48,143 bases of DNA from positions 1-48,143 of the IMG/VR virus record IMGVR_UViG_3300020044_005177. One strand, written 5' to 3'. A program made the position numbers and the translations under genes. This document shows, in pieces, positions 47,620-48,143 of the stretch. The stretch is from a virus. Lineage: Duplodnaviria; Caudoviricetes. How positions within the stretch are numbered: the stretch's first letter is position 1; every line of letters begins with the position of its first letter. The notes below the pieces were generated by a model, which saw only the letters and a program-made list of their open reading frames with translations, made no database searches and had not been told where the DNA came from.

Positions 47620-48142
47620 TATCTTCCTCCTCAATTATCATGTATCCTAGTTCTTCTGCACATTGGGTGCATAGGGTCTTGTACCAAGTACCCCGCCCTC
47701 CTGTTGACGCAAGTGCTGCGTCTTTTCCACAAGTCTCGCAAGTACGCATTGTTCGATCTTCATATTCGTCAATGATTTTATGCATCTTGTCATAATATTC
47801 TTGTCTCCGATCACGCTCTGGCTCTAGTGCATCCCATTGGTTAATATGATCTTCACCTTCTAGATGCTTTTCAAACTCATAAAACCATTGATCTAGATCG
47901 TACTGTTCTTGAAGAGAACGCTCAATACCGTAGAGCCATTTAGGGTTTACAGCACCTTCTACAGGGCGCTCAGTATACCTGTCTAGACAGCACTGTGGGT
48001 ATAGTTCTGGGAAACCAATGTAGTATCTGAGGGTTCCATACTTCTCCTTGACTTGATGAACTTCATAGTCTGGAAAGATTGCCGTATTCTTCTCATCAAG
48101 TTCAGAAAGAAGCGATTACAACACCTTATTACTTTCAATCTT
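47612..48142 (-). CDS. Conserved phage protein (QVKEKYGTLRYY...CETCG...TLCTQC), 5' part disrupted or partial
   Basis: The frame is open from 48115 to TAG at 47612 and carries the conserved motif. An in-frame TAA lies at 48116-48118 near the window edge. Confidence 0.6.
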
Positions 48143-48143
48143 T

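Noticed and set aside
48116-48118. In-frame TAA in the last minus-strand gene as pseudogenisation or readthrough
   Set aside because: It lies within 30 nt of the window edge where the sequence looks degraded. A sequencing or assembly error is at least as likely and cannot be resolved here.

Overview
A 48 kb segment of a large tailed dsDNA phage (Caudoviricetes). The host is most likely an actinobacterium, inferred from the r1t-type holin, widespread leaderless genes and a GTTCA-repeat PHO box upstream of pstS. Bases 1-26.3 kb are AT-rich and almost all on the minus strand. They carry a head-tail adaptor, major capsid, prohead protease/scaffold, portal, a large minor virion protein, class II ribonucleotide reductase with an endonuclease VII-type HNH, Gly-rich and collagen-like fibre genes, a glycosyltransferase/methyltransferase trio, thyX with an HNH, and holins. 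Bases 26.4-40.2 kb are visibly GC-richer and all on the plus strand, and hold the most striking feature: an array of about 28 self-contained micro-gene cassettes. Most follow the pattern [stop, usually TAG]-[optional hairpin]-[(G)CCCGGG palindrome]-[AATGTCAGACCCC-n-TG-n-TAnnnT promoter]-[leaderless or GAAAGG-led 35-70 aa ORF, often Cys-rich]. Most of these ORFs are missing or mis-started in the supplied ORF track. After the array come sigma-A-type promoters, DUF932, three tRNAs (Asp, Asn, Lys) and a thrice-repeated covarying pseudoknot motif that sits 4 nt before two of the tRNAs. Bases 40.2-48.1 kb contain an HslV-like protease, an AT-rich repeat-rich possible origin, a modular putative head protein, cytosine deaminase, PstS and small ORFs. 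All coordinates and counts were read by eye and no database searches were run.
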